From Paraspadella gotoi (taxonomy: Eukaryota > Animalia > Chaetognatha), in assembly GCA_051294375.1 (NCBI GenBank), contig CM119267.1:1584268-1648267 (forward strand): a DNA stretch of 64,000 nucleotides, given 5' to 3'. Each line of letters starts with the position of its first letter. Position 1 is the first letter of the stretch. Made by a program: the position numbers and the translations under genes. A model generated the notes under the pieces. It did no database searches. It saw only the letters and a list, made by a program, of their open reading frames with translations, and was not told the origin of the DNA. Below, in pieces: positions 62,801 to 64,000 of the stretch.

Positions 62801-63900
62801 AAAGCCGCCCACACGCTCGGCGCCGAACCGACCTCCGCAGAAGCCCGATGACAACCCTCGAAGCGCTTCTAAGTCCGGCTGGTTGAGATCTCTAGGGAGC
62901 GTGACCCGTGCTGTCGACGACGTCACCCAACATTGTCGACTTCTTAGCAATTTACGGAAACAACACATTCTGGAACGACATCACAAGAAAATGCGTCTTG
63001 GCATGCAAGACAGGATGGTGAGTAAGAGCAAATCAGGGATGGTGGAGTAGACAATAATAAGGGATGGTGAGTAGACAAGACAGGGAGATGGTGAGTAAGG
63101 AGTTATCCTTAAATTCCAAATGAAGTTGTTTGTTTAATGGATTGTAAGAGTTTAGCAAGTATACCGTCAGAATAAAAGCATTCTCCTGTTGTGATGGGGA
63201 GACGCGATGGGGGGGTCATATCCTTTGAGGGTGGGCAAAAACTATATACTAGGGGTATGCTCCCAGAGGGATAATTTTTTGGAACATTTAAAGGCAGCCC
63301 TGTTGCAGATCCCTTGACGGTATAAAAAAATTGCCATTCCCCCGAGGGGTAACCGCTAGGTATTAATAAAATATTTAACCCGCTTGCTATTTTTTTTTAA
63401 AAAACAAAATAAGCTTTTTTCAATTAATTTTATTCTAAATATTTTTCTCTCTTTCTTTCTCTTACTTTTCCTATCTGCTCTCTTTCTTTTATCTCTATTA
63501 TTCTTTTTTTTATTCTGTTATTTTTTATCTTTAATTTAATTTTTTTAACTTTTTTTAGGTATGTTATATTAAGAGTACCCCTAAATAATTTAAAAAAACA
63601 TTGTTCTCCTAGCCCTTATCGCCCAGGCAGCCCCTTTTATCACCCTGGGGGACAGCCCCTTCTATTGCCTCAAGGGGCCAGCCCCTTCTATCGTCCCAAG
63701 GGGGAACTCTTAGAGCGATCGGATATTCCTTCAAGTTTTAGGATTAAGGGTTTGTAGTGAGAGATTATGGTTTGAAATTAAGTTTAAGGCATTAAGTAAT
63801 GGAAATGAAGAGAAAAGAAGAGTCCGGAATTCATTATGTATTCACTGATTATCATCAACATTGTCATTCACATGTTCACCATGTCACTCTAAACGACTCT
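59826..63900 (+). other. Very indel-rich duplicate of ~49490-53100 (catenin exons 4-10 with introns); probably an unpolished long read rather than a paralog
   Basis: Introns and exons match equally well. Differences are mostly single-base insertions, and every exon is frameshifted. Confidence 0.8.
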
Positions 63901-64000
63901 CTCTCTTCTCTCCTCTCTCTGCTTCTCCTCTCATCTCTCGGTCTCGCGTCCGGGGGGCGTGCGTCTGCTCGCGCTCTCGTCGTGGTCGTGCGGTCTGGTC

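Noticed and set aside
59826-63900. Second alpha-catenin paralog or pseudogene
   Set aside because: The insertion-dominated error pattern is equal in introns and exons, which fits a raw long read better than evolutionary decay.

Overview
AT-rich, microsatellite-dense eukaryotic (animal-like) draft genomic sequence with spliceosomal GT-AG introns. It is not prokaryotic, and most ORFs in the supplied track are repeat-derived noise. The main gene is a divergent 17-exon alpha-catenin on + (ATG 24567 to TGA 58454, about 940 aa, with the end of exon 15 lost in an N gap). Inside its intron 3, on the opposite strand, is a 3-exon gene (48372-46912) that the ORF track misses. It encodes a 131-aa secreted precursor: signal peptide, acidic propeptide ending EAR, and a 10-Cys mature part with two WC..W(D/A)YC modules. 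Upstream are an uncharacterised acidic, repeat-rich multi-exon gene on - (15110 to <1) and a probable single-pass membrane protein gene on + (about 15806-17796). Several large segments occur twice, one copy indel-rich: a ~10 kb inverted duplication (16374-25741 / 25767-35899), a ~4.2 kb tandem duplication (41588-45771 / ~45930-50050), 59826-63900 and ~9450-12167. The first, second and last abut 25-N gaps and all look like long-read gap-filling artefacts. The inverted arm appears to be a second haplotype, because it carries a 288-bp tRNA-derived SINE with a 7-bp target-site duplication that the other arm lacks. Also present are two tRNA-derived SINE families, a Helentron/DINE-like element family, several TA-flanked MITEs, and repeated duplications of alpha-catenin 5' splice sites.
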